Assembly (NCBI GenBank): GCA_037190965.1 | Contig: JBBCKI010000029.1 | Span: forward strand, 32,001-96,000 | Reading direction: 5' to 3' | Source: Chthoniobacteraceae bacterium | GTDB taxonomy: Bacteria > Verrucomicrobiota > Verrucomicrobiia > Chthoniobacterales > Chthoniobacteraceae | Length of the DNA: 64,000 bases | Part shown: in pieces, positions 19,036 to 29,603 of the stretch | Layout: each line of letters starts with the position of its first letter | Numbering within the stretch: the first letter of the stretch is position 1 | The notes under the pieces: generated by a model | What the model was told of the DNA's origin: nothing | The model's input: only the letters and a program-made list of their open reading frames with translations | Database searches by the model: none | Program-made: the position numbers and the translations under genes

Positions 19036-19451
19036 CACTCTTCGGGGCTTTCCAAGTGAGAACCGGCGGAGGGGAGGGGGGCTTTTGTCGGAGTTTTCAA
19101 GAGGCCCGCCTTTCGAGCCAGCCTTGCCCATTCCTCCTGAAGGTCCGCAAAGCTGGCGTCAGCCGCGGCGCGTCGGGCGATGACGACAAGCCAGGCATTG
19201 GAAATTAACGCGGGACGGTTCAGGCGAACAATTTCACGGAAGCGCCGCCGTACGCGATTGCGAACCACCGCGCCCCCAACCCGGCGTGATGTGATCAATC
19301 CGGTTTTGGTCGGGGAGGCGGTCTGTGTATCGATGTTCTTCAAGATTCCCAAGATCATGTGCCGGCCGCTATAGGACCGGCCCTCCGTTTTCACGCGGAG
19401 AAACTCCGAGCTGAGGGACAGCCGGATGGACTTGGGGAAAGTCAGCGCCAA
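19035..19451 (-). CDS. rnpA: Ribonuclease P protein component
   Basis: [22 protein letters not shown] motif. Confidence 0.95.
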   Translation of the reverse strand: MALTFPKSIRLSLSSEFLRVKTEGRSYSGRHMILGILKNIDTQTASPTKTGLITSRRVGGAVVRNRVRRRFREIVRLNRPALISNAWLVVIARRAAADASFADLQEEWARLARKAGLLKTPTKAPLPSAGSHLESPEE

Positions 19452-19547
19452 AGGTCGTTGCAGAGGTGATTTTTCTCGAAGCCTGCCGGGAGAAAGGGCT
19501 CATGGGAGCCTGCCCGGCACTCCGGGATCCCCCCGGCACACCTCGGC

Positions 19548-19721
19548 CTAAGCCTCGGTGTGGCGCGCGAAGTGGATTTCAACGCCCTTCGGCAGCAAGC
19601 GTTTGCGGCCACGCTGGCGGCGGCGTGCGAGGATAGCGCGTCCGCTCTTGGTTTTCATGCGTGCGCGGAAACCGAACTGCTGCTTGCGCGTCCGCTTGGA
19701 AGGCTGGTAAGTGCGTTTCAT
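19548..19721 (-). CDS. rpmH: 50S ribosomal protein L34 (57 aa, C-terminally extended)
   Basis: [34 protein letters not shown]. Confidence 0.97.
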   Translation of the reverse strand: MKRTYQPSKRTRKQQFGFRARMKTKSGRAILARRRQRGRKRLLPKGVEIHFARHTEA

Positions 19722-19752
19722 AAGAGAAAATTCGTATAGAAAAAGAGCGGAG

Positions 19753-19780
19753 AGTCTACCGGATGGCGTTGCGATGTCAA
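19753..19780 (-). promoter_or_regulatory. Putative sigma70 promoter of the rpmH operon
   Basis: TTGACA-16nt-TAGACT followed by CTCCGCTCTTTTT, like the rpoZ promoter. Confidence 0.55.
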
Positions 19781-19861
19781 CAGGTTCGTCAGGTTTTGCC
19801 GGAGGCTTTTTGGGGCCTTTGAGGCTTTCCATTTTGGAGGGGCTGAGGCACCTTTTTACTC

Positions 19862-20449
19862 ATGACAACCTCCCGGAAGCCGGTGGTGCTTGTGCATGGG
19901 CTGAAGGACAGCGCGAGAAAAATGGCGCGGTTGGCGCGGCATCTTGAGGCTGAGGGATGGCGTACTCATTCCTGTGATCTTGTCCCGAGTTCGGGGCAGG
20001 CGGGCGTGGATGTGCTCGCGAGACAGCTTCAGGCGTTTGTCGAAAGCTGTGTGCCCGGGGACGAGTCATTCAATCTCGTGGGCTACAGCATGGGAGGGCT
20101 TGTAGGCCGTTACTATCTCCAGCGCCTCAACGGGCTTTGGAGGGTGAGGCGGTTCGTGACGATCGCCACGCCGCACCGGGGAAGCGTGCTGGCCTATCTC
20201 TATTGGAATGCCGGATTTCGCCAGATGCGCCCCGCCAGCGCTTTTCTCAAGGATCTGGAACGGGATGCAGACTGCCTTCTGTCCACCGGGTTCACCAGCC
20301 TGTGGACGCCGCTTGACGCGATGGTGCTCCCTCCCAGCAGTTCCGTGGTTCCGTCGGCGCGCTGCCGCAGAATCTGGTCTCTCGGACATCCCTTCATGGT
20401 CTGGCAGCGGCATTGCCACAGGGCGGTCGCGGAGGTGCTGGAGGAGTGA
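19862..20449 (+). CDS. Alpha/beta-hydrolase lipase/esterase
   Basis: PVVLVHG, GYSMGG nucleophile elbow, ATPHRGS, Asp and His. Confidence 0.9.
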   Translation: MTTSRKPVVLVHGLKDSARKMARLARHLEAEGWRTHSCDLVPSSGQAGVDVLARQLQAFVESCVPGDESFNLVGYSMGGLVGRYYLQRLNGLWRVRRFVTIATPHRGSVLAYLYWNAGFRQMRPASAFLKDLERDADCLLSTGFTSLWTPLDAMVLPPSSSVVPSARCRRIWSLGHPFMVWQRHCHRAVAEVLEE

Positions 20450-20508
20450 TATTTTCGATGCACCGCGCAAATTTCTAAGAAACAACCCCTCTTGAACGTC
20501 ATCTATTT

Positions 20509-22026
20509 ATGAATCATTCCCTCCCATCTCTGCTTGCCGCGCTGGCGGTTTCCGGCGTTACCGCTTTCGCCCAGCCTGCCATCACGGTTTACAACCAGAA
20601 CTTCGCGGTGGTGCGCGACACGGTTTCGCTCGATCTGAAGGAAGGCGTCAACGCGGTTCAGTTTGCGGATACGACGATGCACCTGGAGCCCGATTCCGTG
20701 ATTCTTCGCGATTCGGCAGGAAAGGTCGCATTGCAAATTCTGGAGCAGAACTACCGCAACGACCCCGTCTCGCAAGGGTTGCTCCTCTCCCTCAATGAAG
20801 GAAATATCCTGGATTTTCTGACGGTGACGCAAACCGGCGAGAAGAAAGTCGTGCAGGGCAAGGTGATCCGCAGCGGTTACACGCCTCACAGCGATGCGGT
20901 GATGCGCCGGTACGGGCAGCAGTATTATCAATCGCAGATGGCAATGGCGTCCGGGGCCGGAGCGGGCCAGCCGATCATTGAAGTGGACGGAAAGCTGCAA
21001 TTCAGCCTGCCCGGGCAGCCGCTCTTTCCCGCGCTGGCGGATGATTCAATCCTCAAGCCGACGCTCGACTGGAAGATCCAGGCCAGCGGGCCTGGAAAGG
21101 TGGAGGCCGAGCTGGCGTATATCACCGGCGGCATGACATGGGAGGCCGACTACAACATCGTCTCCCCGGAAAAGGGCGATCTTCTCGACATCGTCGGTTG
21201 GGTGACCATCGATAACCAGAGCGGCAAGACCTTCAAGGAGGCTAAGATCAAGCTGATGGCGGGGGATGTGAGCAAGATCCAGCCGGAAGAGGCGAGGATG
21301 GCTTTTGGAATGGCCGGGGCGAAGCTTGCGCGTGATATGGCCGCTCCCGCCGTCACCGAGAAATCTTTCGACGAATACCACCTCTACACCCTCGAGCGTC
21401 CCGCAACCCTGCGGGACCGCGAGACCAAACAGGTCGAGTTCGTCCGCGCGACGGGCGTCAAGTCTCAGCGGGTCTATATTTATGACGGACTGAAAGTCGA
21501 TTGGAACCAGTGGGGCGGCTATCGGATGCAGAACATCCGCAACAACGAAGAGTTCGGCACCGAATGCAATACGAAGGTGGCGGTCATGCGGGAGTTCAAG
21601 AATTCCAAGGAGAACAACCTAGGGATGCCGCTGCCGAAGGGCCGCCTCCGTTTCTACCGGCAGGACAGCGACCAGCGGCTGGAGTTCACCGGCGAAAACA
21701 CCATCGACCATACGCCGAAGGATGAAACCATCCGTGTCTTCACCGGCAATGCCTTCGATCTCGTCGGCGAGCGGCGCCGGACGAACTGGAGGATCGATAC
21801 CTCGAAGAACACCATCGATGAATCGTTCGAGATTAAACTCCGCAACCACAAGAAGGAGGCGGTCGAAATCCGCATCGTCGAGCATCTCTATCGCTGGTTC
21901 ACCTGGGAAATCACGGCGAACACGGAGCCCTTCGTGAAAACGGCCGCGCAGGTGATGGAGTTCCGCGTCCAGCTCAAGCCGGATGAGGAGAAGGTCGTGA
22001 CCTATACCGTGCACTATTCATGGTAA
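20509..22026 (+). CDS. DUF4139/DUF4140-type secreted protein, copy 1
   Basis: Signal peptide; ITVYNQNFAVVRD, W.ADY, EYHLYTL, LGMPLPKG. Confidence 0.85.
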   Translation: MNHSLPSLLAALAVSGVTAFAQPAITVYNQNFAVVRDTVSLDLKEGVNAVQFADTTMHLEPDSVILRDSAGKVALQILEQNYRNDPVSQGLLLSLNEGNILDFLTVTQTGEKKVVQGKVIRSGYTPHSDAVMRRYGQQYYQSQMAMASGAGAGQPIIEVDGKLQFSLPGQPLFPALADDSILKPTLDWKIQASGPGKVEAELAYITGGMTWEADYNIVSPEKGDLLDIVGWVTIDNQSGKTFKEAKIKLMAGDVSKIQPEEARMAFGMAGAKLARDMAAPAVTEKSFDEYHLYTLERPATLRDRETKQVEFVRATGVKSQRVYIYDGLKVDWNQWGGYRMQNIRNNEEFGTECNTKVAVMREFKNSKENNLGMPLPKGRLRFYRQDSDQRLEFTGENTIDHTPKDETIRVFTGNAFDLVGERRRTNWRIDTSKNTIDESFEIKLRNHKKEAVEIRIVEHLYRWFTWEITANTEPFVKTAAQVMEFRVQLKPDEEKVVTYTVHYSW

Positions 22027-22061
22027 TCGGTCGCCAAGACATTCGAGCGCTTGTTTGATCT

Positions 22062-23588
22062 ATGAGTCACTCCATCCCCTGCCTTCTTTCGGCGATGATT
22101 GCGATTTCCGGTTTGAGCGCCGTTGCTCAACCGGCCATTACGGTTTACAACCAGAACTTCGCGGTCGTGCGCGACACGGTTTCGCTCGACCTCAAAGGAG
22201 GCGTTAATGCGGTTCAGTTTGCCGATACAACGATGCATCTGGAGCCTGATTCCGTGATCCTGCGCGATCCGGCGGGGAAGGTGGCGTTGCAGATTTTGGA
22301 GCAGAACTATCGGAATGACCCGGTCTCTCAGGGACTGCTCCTTTCGCTCAATGAAGGAAACACGATCGACTTCCAGACCATCACTCAGGAGGGAGAGAAG
22401 AAGATCGTGAAGGGCAAGATTATCCGGAGCGGCTACGTCGCGCATGGCGAGGAGGTGATGCGCCGCTACGGGCAGCCGTATTTTCAAAGGCAGATGGCGG
22501 CAGCCTATGGCGGGGGCGGCACGGGCCAGCCGATCATCGAGGTGGACGGGAAGTTGCAATTCAGCCTGCCCGGGCAGCCGCTCTTCCCCGCGCTGGCGGA
22601 TGACACAAACCTCAAGCCGACGCTCGACTGGAAGATCCAGGCCAGCGCGCCCGGCAAGCTGGAGGCGGAGTTGGCCTACATCACCGGCGGGATGACGTGG
22701 GAGGCCGACTACAACATCGTCTCTCCTGAAAAGGGAGATCTTCTCGATATCGTCGGATGGGTGACGATCGATAACCAGAGCGGCAAGACTTTCAAGGAAG
22801 CGAAGATCAAGCTGATGGCGGGAGATGTGAGCAAGATCCAGCCGGCGGACGGGTTTATTTATTACGGCGCTCTCACGGCCAGTAATTTAAGGTCGAACGC
22901 ACCCGCGCCGGTGACGGAAAAGTCATTCGACGAATACCATCTTTACACCTTGGAACGCCCGGCAACCCTACGCGACCGCGAAACCAAGCAGGTCGAGTTC
23001 GTTCGCGCGGCGGGTGTCAAATCTCAGCGGGTCTATATTTATGACGGCCTGAAAGTCGATTGGAACCAGTGGGGCGGCCATCGGATGCAGAACATCCGCA
23101 ACAATGAGGAGTTCGGTACGGAGTTCGAAACCAAGGTGGCGGTCATGCGGGAGTTCAAGAACTCCAAGGAGAACAACCTCGGGATGCCGCTGCCGAAGGG
23201 TCGCCTTCGTTTTTACCGGCAGGACGATGGGGACAAGCGGCTGGAATTCACCGGCGAAAACACCATCGACCATACGCCGAAGGATGAAACCATCCGTGTC
23301 TTCACCGGCAATGCCTTCGATCTCGTCGGCGAGCGCCGCCGGACGAACTGGAAAATCGATACCTCGAAGAACACCATCGACGAATCGTTCGAGATCAAAC
23401 TTCGCAACCACAAGAAGGAGGCGGTCGAAATCCGCATCGTCGAGCATCTTTACCGCTGGCTGACCTGGGAAATCACGGCGAACACGGATCCGTTCGTCAA
23501 AACTGCCGCGCAGGTAATGGAATTCCGCGTCCAACTCAAGCCGGATGAGGAGAAGGTCGTGACCTATACCGTGTACTATTCATGGTAA
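22062..23588 (+). CDS. DUF4139/DUF4140-type secreted protein, copy 2 (tandem paralog)
   Basis: Collinear with copy 1 and nearly identical to it except for a few segments. Confidence 0.85.
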   Translation: MSHSIPCLLSAMIAISGLSAVAQPAITVYNQNFAVVRDTVSLDLKGGVNAVQFADTTMHLEPDSVILRDPAGKVALQILEQNYRNDPVSQGLLLSLNEGNTIDFQTITQEGEKKIVKGKIIRSGYVAHGEEVMRRYGQPYFQRQMAAAYGGGGTGQPIIEVDGKLQFSLPGQPLFPALADDTNLKPTLDWKIQASAPGKLEAELAYITGGMTWEADYNIVSPEKGDLLDIVGWVTIDNQSGKTFKEAKIKLMAGDVSKIQPADGFIYYGALTASNLRSNAPAPVTEKSFDEYHLYTLERPATLRDRETKQVEFVRAAGVKSQRVYIYDGLKVDWNQWGGHRMQNIRNNEEFGTEFETKVAVMREFKNSKENNLGMPLPKGRLRFYRQDDGDKRLEFTGENTIDHTPKDETIRVFTGNAFDLVGERRRTNWKIDTSKNTIDESFEIKLRNHKKEAVEIRIVEHLYRWLTWEITANTDPFVKTAAQVMEFRVQLKPDEEKVVTYTVYYSW

Positions 23589-26176
23589 GCCAACGGATAT
23601 GGAGTGAGGTGGCCGGTCACCTTGCATGGCTGGTGGTTTCAATCCTCGCCTTTGCTCCTGCTGCGGGAGCTTCAAAGGATTTCCCCCCTAAATTTGAAGA
23701 CGCGGTGCAGGATGGCAAAGGAATGGTCTGGGCCATAAACCGTTGGGAGGGAAACCATCTGTTTACCTTCGACGGGAAAGACTGGAGATCGGTCTTCATC
23801 AAGTTTCCCTCAGTCGATGAGGCAATGCCGATGCGGCTGGCAAAGACGAAGGATGGGACGGTAATGGGGGTCTGGAAGTTGGGGGAGGAGCGGGTTGGAG
23901 TCACGCAACACCGGGTGGGTCAATCCAGGATCGTGTCGGAGAGGCCGGGCTCGATTCCCGGTAGCGGACTTCAAAGCGAGCTGTTTCTGGATTCTCGGGA
24001 TCATTTATGGTTTTCGGATAGCACGCGAGGGATTCATTGTGTGGGCGCGAGGGAGGAAGATTCTTTCCGGTATGAACTGAAGCCGGAAGCCTTTCTTTCC
24101 TCAAAACGCAAGAGATGGGATGGCTATAACGTCTCCCGGATGGTTGAGGACGAGAAGGGGCGGGTCTGGGTATGGACCAATGGGGCGTCTGCGGCTTCCA
24201 ACTATGCATCGATCCGAGGAGTCTTGCTTTTCGAGGGAAGGGAGGCGCGGCAGATCGAGGGGTTCGAGGGGATCAAGGGGCAGTTATTCTCCGGGATCGC
24301 TCAGAAAGCTCCCGGTGAAATGTGGGTAGGGGTGCCGAGCGAAGGTTTGTTCATTCTGAATACGGAAACATGGAATGCGACGCCGGTTGAGGAGCCCGCG
24401 CCGGGGGCTTTCCAGCGCGTGCAGGAGATCTTCCAAATGGGGGGAGAGTGGCATGTGGTGGGGCGGTTGCCCGATGGGACGAATACTCTATGGCGGTTGC
24501 GGGGAGAGAAATGGGAGTCCGTGGTGGAGCGGCTTGATGTCCATGGTAACGGCATGGCATGGCGGCTTCCCCGTTACTGGGTGCAATGCGGCGAGTACTT
24601 TCTCCTCCAGGCTTCCGGTCATGGCCCTTGGGTGATTCCGAAAACGGGGGCAGGGGCACCGGTGTTACTTGATTGGAGAAGCGGTTTCCCGGTGGAGGCA
24701 AGCTGGGGGTTGTTTCCTTTTCCCGATGGCAAGTTCCTCGCCATTGGACATGGGGCAAAGATGGCTTACGTTCCCATCCCGCTTCCTCCAAAGCCTAATG
24801 GGCTTGCGAGGATTACGGAGGTGCCGATTCGATGGAATTGGGAAATCGGAGTGGATCAGCATTTGTGGGCTTTCTTCGAAGGAGAAGAGCCGCTGATGGA
24901 ATGGGATGGGACAAAGTGGCATCGGCATTCGCTTCCCGAGGGGATGGCACAACGATCCAGCAGTGGGGTGGCATGTGATCGCCAGGGGCGGGTCTGGGTG
25001 ATGCCAAACGGCAATAAGAAGGCCGGGTTCTTTGAATCAAAGAAGAAGGAGTGGGTGACTTTCGAAAGCTGGGAGTCCGCCTATGAAAACCTGCAGAAGC
25101 AGAAGAAGCTGCCGCACTGGGTAGGAAATAGTTCCGGAGGGTACATGGTGAATGTCAGCGCGGATGGCAGGCGCATGGCTTTCCAAAAGGGGTGGGCGAT
25201 CGCTTATTTCGACGGGTCCCGGTGGAAAGAGTGGAAGCGGCAGGAGATTGCCCCGAATCGGGGCTCCATCGGCGGGGCTCCCTTCTTTGACGATCAGGAT
25301 CGCCTTTCTTTGAATGTCGGGGAGGAGAGCTGGAATCTCACCGATTCGGGGGCTTGGGTCAAAGGGACGTATGAGGATCGGTATGCAGAGCGATACGGGT
25401 TCAAGTCTTCCAAGGCACCGATTCCTCCTCCAAGGGCTGATGTGACGACGCCTTGGGCCTCGGTTTATGACAATCATGGCAATGCCTGGGTAACGGAGAG
25501 GGGCGGGGGCCTTGCCAAGTATGTGGGTGAAGATCGAGCGATGATCTTTGCGCCGGATGTTCACTCTCCTTTTATCGTGCCCCGCATTTTTCAGAAGGCA
25601 TGGGTGGATCCGAGGGGAAACCTGTTTCTCCAAACGGCTTCGAACTCCCAGAACTATTGGATGGTAGCCGCAGGCTTCCCGCTTCCAAAGACCTCGTTGA
25701 AAGTCAGGAAGACGGAGGTGGATGGGGTGGAACTGACCATGAAGGTCGAAACGCCGGGCAAGGCCCGGGTTTACTGGCGGATCGATGATGGGCCTTGGCA
25801 GTCGACTAGCGAGGAAGTGTTGATCCTTGATTCGATTCCCTCCGGGAAACATCGCGTCACAGCCTACGCAGTCGATGAGGAGTTGCAGAAGGAGGCGATC
25901 CCGGGGACTGCTTCATTCAAGATCACCGTAGATCCCGTGCGACAGATAAAGAGGTTGGTGAAGCAGTTGGAAGATCCCGACTATAACAGGCGGCGAGCCG
26001 CCGTGGCGGGATTGGCGATGCATCGGACGGCTGCGCTGCCTGCCCTCAAAGCCGCGCGCGCGAAGGCTTCCGATGACCTTCGCTGGTGGATCGACGCGAC
26101 GATCCAGCAAATCGAGCGGGCGGCGCAACGGGCCAAAGAAAACGGCGCTCCAGTGCCCCGGAGCGCCGTGAATTAA
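23582..26176 (+). CDS. Secreted beta-propeller-like protein with Ig-like and HEAT-like C-terminus
   Basis: Signal peptide; recurring D..G..W units; WRIDDGPW..GKHRVTAYAVD; LEDPDYNRRRAA..L. Confidence 0.6.
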   Translation: MVSQRIWSEVAGHLAWLVVSILAFAPAAGASKDFPPKFEDAVQDGKGMVWAINRWEGNHLFTFDGKDWRSVFIKFPSVDEAMPMRLAKTKDGTVMGVWKLGEERVGVTQHRVGQSRIVSERPGSIPGSGLQSELFLDSRDHLWFSDSTRGIHCVGAREEDSFRYELKPEAFLSSKRKRWDGYNVSRMVEDEKGRVWVWTNGASAASNYASIRGVLLFEGREARQIEGFEGIKGQLFSGIAQKAPGEMWVGVPSEGLFILNTETWNATPVEEPAPGAFQRVQEIFQMGGEWHVVGRLPDGTNTLWRLRGEKWESVVERLDVHGNGMAWRLPRYWVQCGEYFLLQASGHGPWVIPKTGAGAPVLLDWRSGFPVEASWGLFPFPDGKFLAIGHGAKMAYVPIPLPPKPNGLARITEVPIRWNWEIGVDQHLWAFFEGEEPLMEWDGTKWHRHSLPEGMAQRSSSGVACDRQGRVWVMPNGNKKAGFFESKKKEWVTFESWESAYENLQKQKKLPHWVGNSSGGYMVNVSADGRRMAFQKGWAIAYFDGSRWKEWKRQEIAPNRGSIGGAPFFDDQDRLSLNVGEESWNLTDSGAWVKGTYEDRYAERYGFKSSKAPIPPPRADVTTPWASVYDNHGNAWVTERGGGLAKYVGEDRAMIFAPDVHSPFIVPRIFQKAWVDPRGNLFLQTASNSQNYWMVAAGFPLPKTSLKVRKTEVDGVELTMKVETPGKARVYWRIDDGPWQSTSEEVLILDSIPSGKHRVTAYAVDEELQKEAIPGTASFKITVDPVRQIKRLVKQLEDPDYNRRRAAVAGLAMHRTAALPALKAARAKASDDLRWWIDATIQQIERAAQRAKENGAPVPRSAVN

Positions 26177-26191
26177 ATAGCTTTTTTAGCC

Positions 26192-27835
26192 TTACTGAAC
26201 CTGCGGCAGCAAAATCCCGAGCAGGTCGGAGATTTTGACCCGTTCTTGCTTCATCGAGTCGCGATGACGCAGGGTGACGGTGCCTTCCAGTTCAGGGCCG
26301 TTTTCGCCAATGGTGTCGAAGTCGATGGTGACGCCGAACGGGGTCCCCGCTTCGTCCTGGCGACGATAGCGGCGGCCGATGGCTCCCGCGTCGTCGTAGA
26401 AGACGTTCATGTTCTGGCGCAGCAGATCGCGCACGGCGTGCGCCTTTTCCACCAGCGCCGGCTTGTTCTTGAGCAGCGGGAAGATGCCAACCTTGATCGG
26501 GGCGACCCTCGGGTGAAACCGCATGACGGTGCGCACCTCTTTGTTGCCCTTTTCGTCGGTGACTTCCTCTTCGGCGTAAGCGTTACAGATCAGCGCGAGC
26601 AGGAGGCGGTCCACGCCTGCCGAGGGCTCGATGACGTGCGCGAGGTATTTCACCCCGGCTTCCTGGTCGAAGATCTCCTGCGATTTGCCGGAGTGCTTCT
26701 GGTGTTGGCTCAGGTCAAAGTCGCCACGGGCGGCGACGCCTTCCAATTCCTGGGTGCCGAACGGGAATTTGTAGAGAATATCGACGGTCGCCTTGGCGTA
26801 GTGGGCCAGTTCGTCCTTCGTCTGCCAGTATTGCTCCAGGGTATCGCGGCTCAGGCCGATGCTCTCGTACCAGCGCATCCGCTGTTCCAGCCAGTAGCCG
26901 TGCCAGACTTCCCAGCCCCAGTTGGGCTGCGGCTCGGGGAATTCCGCGTTGTTTTCCGGCAACTTGGCGACTTCGCCGCACTGCTTCTCCACGACTTCGT
27001 CGGGCTTGATGAAGAACTCGAGTTCCATCTGCTCGAACTCGCGGGAGCGGAAGGTGTAGTTGCGCGGGTTGATCTCGTTGCGGAACGCCTTGCCGATCTG
27101 CGCGATACCGAAGGGGACCTTCTGGCGCGAGGTTTCGACGACGTTTTTATACTGCACGAAGATTGCCTGCGCGGTCTCGGGGCGGAGATAGACGGCGTTT
27201 TCCGCGCTTTCGACCGGGCCCGCGTGGCTCTTGAACATCAGGTTGAACATCCGGGGCTCCGTGAGGAGCGAGCCGTTCTCCGGGTTGTACCGGGTGCTGT
27301 TCTCGACCTTCTCGTTGGTCTCCCCAATCAGGACGGGGTTCTCCAGGCCGCGCTGAGCGTAGAACTGACTGGCCACTTTTCGGGCGCTCTCTGGCGGCTT
27401 GCCCGGGGCGAGCAGGACGGAGTAGGGCTCGCAGACTTCCTTGCCGGACGCCTCGTCGCGGGCACCGGTGTAGGAATAGGCGATGCCGGTTTGCGGTTCG
27501 ATTTGGTCGGCACGAAAACGCTTCTTGGTCAGGAGGCAGTCGACCATCGGGTCGGCGAAGGTATCGAGGTGGCCTGACGCTTTCCAGATCGACGGGTGCA
27601 TGATGATGCTGGCGTCCAGCCCCACGATGTCGTCACGCAGGCGCGTCATGCTCTTCCACCAGAGCTCCTTGACGTTCCGCTTCAGCTCCGTGCCGAGCGG
27701 ACCGTAATCCCAGAAGCCGTTGATACCGCCGTAAATCTCGCTGGAGGGGAAAATGAAACCGCGACGCTTGCAAAGCGACACAATCTTTTCCATGCGTTCG
27801 GTCTGTTTGATAACAGGTTGGGCGGGCTGAGTCAT
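26192..27835 (-). CDS. glyQS: Glycine--tRNA ligase, homodimeric alpha2 type
   Basis: LCKRRGF, YLRPETAQ, GKAFRNEI, HVIEPSAGVDR, IGRRYRRQDE. Confidence 0.96.
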   Translation of the reverse strand: MTQPAQPVIKQTERMEKIVSLCKRRGFIFPSSEIYGGINGFWDYGPLGTELKRNVKELWWKSMTRLRDDIVGLDASIIMHPSIWKASGHLDTFADPMVDCLLTKKRFRADQIEPQTGIAYSYTGARDEASGKEVCEPYSVLLAPGKPPESARKVASQFYAQRGLENPVLIGETNEKVENSTRYNPENGSLLTEPRMFNLMFKSHAGPVESAENAVYLRPETAQAIFVQYKNVVETSRQKVPFGIAQIGKAFRNEINPRNYTFRSREFEQMELEFFIKPDEVVEKQCGEVAKLPENNAEFPEPQPNWGWEVWHGYWLEQRMRWYESIGLSRDTLEQYWQTKDELAHYAKATVDILYKFPFGTQELEGVAARGDFDLSQHQKHSGKSQEIFDQEAGVKYLAHVIEPSAGVDRLLLALICNAYAEEEVTDEKGNKEVRTVMRFHPRVAPIKVGIFPLLKNKPALVEKAHAVRDLLRQNMNVFYDDAGAIGRRYRRQDEAGTPFGVTIDFDTIGENGPELEGTVTLRHRDSMKQERVKISDLLGILLPQVQ

Positions 27836-27943
27836 AAGCAGATAGAAACTAGGCGCGTGAACTCACCACCCCCGGCGCGGGTTTGCAAGTTGAAACCGCT
27901 CCCAGGGGGGAGAACCTCCCTTCCCGGCCACCGGATCGCGGGA

Positions 27944-28423
27944 TCAGTGGGCCTCGGATTTCAACTCGGGAGCCCCGATACGCTTCAGGGTATAAGCCCG
28001 TTCGAGCACATCGGTATCGCCTGCGGCCACCGTCTCCAGGGATCCTCCATTTTTGATCACGACTTCCTTGGCGCGGATTTCCGCGACGTCGAAGATTGCC
28101 CCTGCGGGAGCCGTCATGGACCCCGTCTGTTGTCCACCGGTCATCACTGGGAACTCCAGGGAACGCCGGAGCTGGATCTGCCTCGGCCAGTAGCGGCGCT
28201 CGAGCGTGCCGAGATTGATCGGTTGCACTTCCGCATTCGTCGGCTCGGAAGGGGCGTTTGCCGCTTCCCGGGCGGCGGCTGCGGTCGCCGAGGCGTACTC
28301 CTCAGGCAGGTATTTGTCCAAATGACCCCGGATGTAGAGAAAATAAGCCAGTACGCCGATCAGGACGATGATCAGCAGATCCCAAAAAGAAACCCCGCCG
28401 CTTTGATAATCCCGCTTCTTCAT
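27944..28423 (-). CDS. Hypothetical membrane-anchored protein
   Basis: Single N-terminal TM helix; fills the gap between glyQS and ispA. Confidence 0.65.
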   Translation of the reverse strand: MKKRDYQSGGVSFWDLLIIVLIGVLAYFLYIRGHLDKYLPEEYASATAAAAREAANAPSEPTNAEVQPINLGTLERRYWPRQIQLRRSLEFPVMTGGQQTGSMTAPAGAIFDVAEIRAKEVVIKNGGSLETVAAGDTDVLERAYTLKRIGAPELKSEAH

Positions 28424-28632
28424 AATTTGACAGTGACCAATCAGTTGACTCCATTCTGCTGCCCAAAGGAGCGCGGGGGATCTTCCGAAATCGCGGAAGA
28501 TGCATTCTCCTGAGGCTTGCGATCAGGAACGTCTTTACGCGGAAGTTTTCCGGCGCGAAAGTATTTTTTGTCCCATACTCATAAATCAACGAGGCTTGCC
28601 AACCGGCCCTGCCTTTTCCCAAAGTCAGGCCA

Positions 28633-29544
28633 ATGAGTTCCAACCCAACTGCCGATTTGACGAGCTATCTCCAGGCGCGAAGCACCGCTGTCGACAAGGC
28701 GCTGGATCGTTTTCTTCCCAAGGCGACTACGAAACCGGCCACTTTGCACAAGGCGATGCGCTATTCCCTCTTCGCGGGTGGCAAACGGCTGCGCCCCATC
28801 CTTTGCCTGGCCGCCGCCGAAGCCTGCGGTGGGGAGTCCGAGGCAACGATCGAGGCGGCCCTCCCGCTCGCCTGCGCGGTGGAATGCATTCACACTTATT
28901 CATTGATTCACGATGATCTCCCGTGCATGGACGATGACGATTTTCGCCGGGGCCGCCCCACCAGTCACAAGGTTTTTGGAGAGGGCGTGGCGGTGCTGGC
29001 AGGGGACGCTCTTTTGACGCTGGCCTTCGAGATTGTGGCGGGGGCTGCCGGATCGCCCCGTTATCCCGCCGCCGCGATGGTGGCGGAACTCGCCGGCGCT
29101 TCGGGCAGTCGCTGGCTCATCGCCGGGCAGGTGGCCGATCTGGAAGGCGAGGGGAAAAAAGCGACCCTTCGGGATCTCCGGTTCATTCACGAGGCAAAAA
29201 CTGCCGCGCTGCTCACCGCCTCCATCCGCCTCGGCGGCATGAGTGCCAATGCCACCCCTGCGAAGCTGGAGGGGCTCACTGTTTTCGGCAAAAACCTGGG
29301 GCTCGCCTTTCAGGTGATCGACGACATTCTCGATGTCACCCAGACCAGCGAAAAGCTTGGCAAAAGCGCCGGCAAAGATGTGGCCGCCCAGAAGTCGACC
29401 TACCCGAGCGTGCTGGGGCTTGAGAAATCGCGTAAGGAAGCCCAGCGTCTTACCGCCGTCGCGCTCGATGCCCTCAAGCCGTTCGGCAAAAAAGGGGAAG
29501 CGTTGCGCGCCATTGGCGATTATCTTCTTCAGCGAGAATATTGA
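28633..29544 (+). CDS. ispA: Polyprenyl (farnesyl) diphosphate synthase
   Basis: GGKRLRP, SLIHDDLPCMD, FQVIDDILD. Confidence 0.92.
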   Translation: MSSNPTADLTSYLQARSTAVDKALDRFLPKATTKPATLHKAMRYSLFAGGKRLRPILCLAAAEACGGESEATIEAALPLACAVECIHTYSLIHDDLPCMDDDDFRRGRPTSHKVFGEGVAVLAGDALLTLAFEIVAGAAGSPRYPAAAMVAELAGASGSRWLIAGQVADLEGEGKKATLRDLRFIHEAKTAALLTASIRLGGMSANATPAKLEGLTVFGKNLGLAFQVIDDILDVTQTSEKLGKSAGKDVAAQKSTYPSVLGLEKSRKEAQRLTAVALDALKPFGKKGEALRAIGDYLLQREY

Positions 29545-29603
29545 GTTTTCACCAAAAAAAGGATTGCAACCTGACCTCCAATCCCTAAATTCCCCGTCTT
29601 CCT

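Noticed and set aside
19722..19861. oriC upstream of rpmH
   Set aside because: No dnaA and no TTATCCACA box cluster seen
20509..23588. Possible diversity-generating retroelement TR/VR pair
   Set aside because: Both copies are full genes, differences are largely synonymous rather than adenine-specific, and no reverse transcriptase is present
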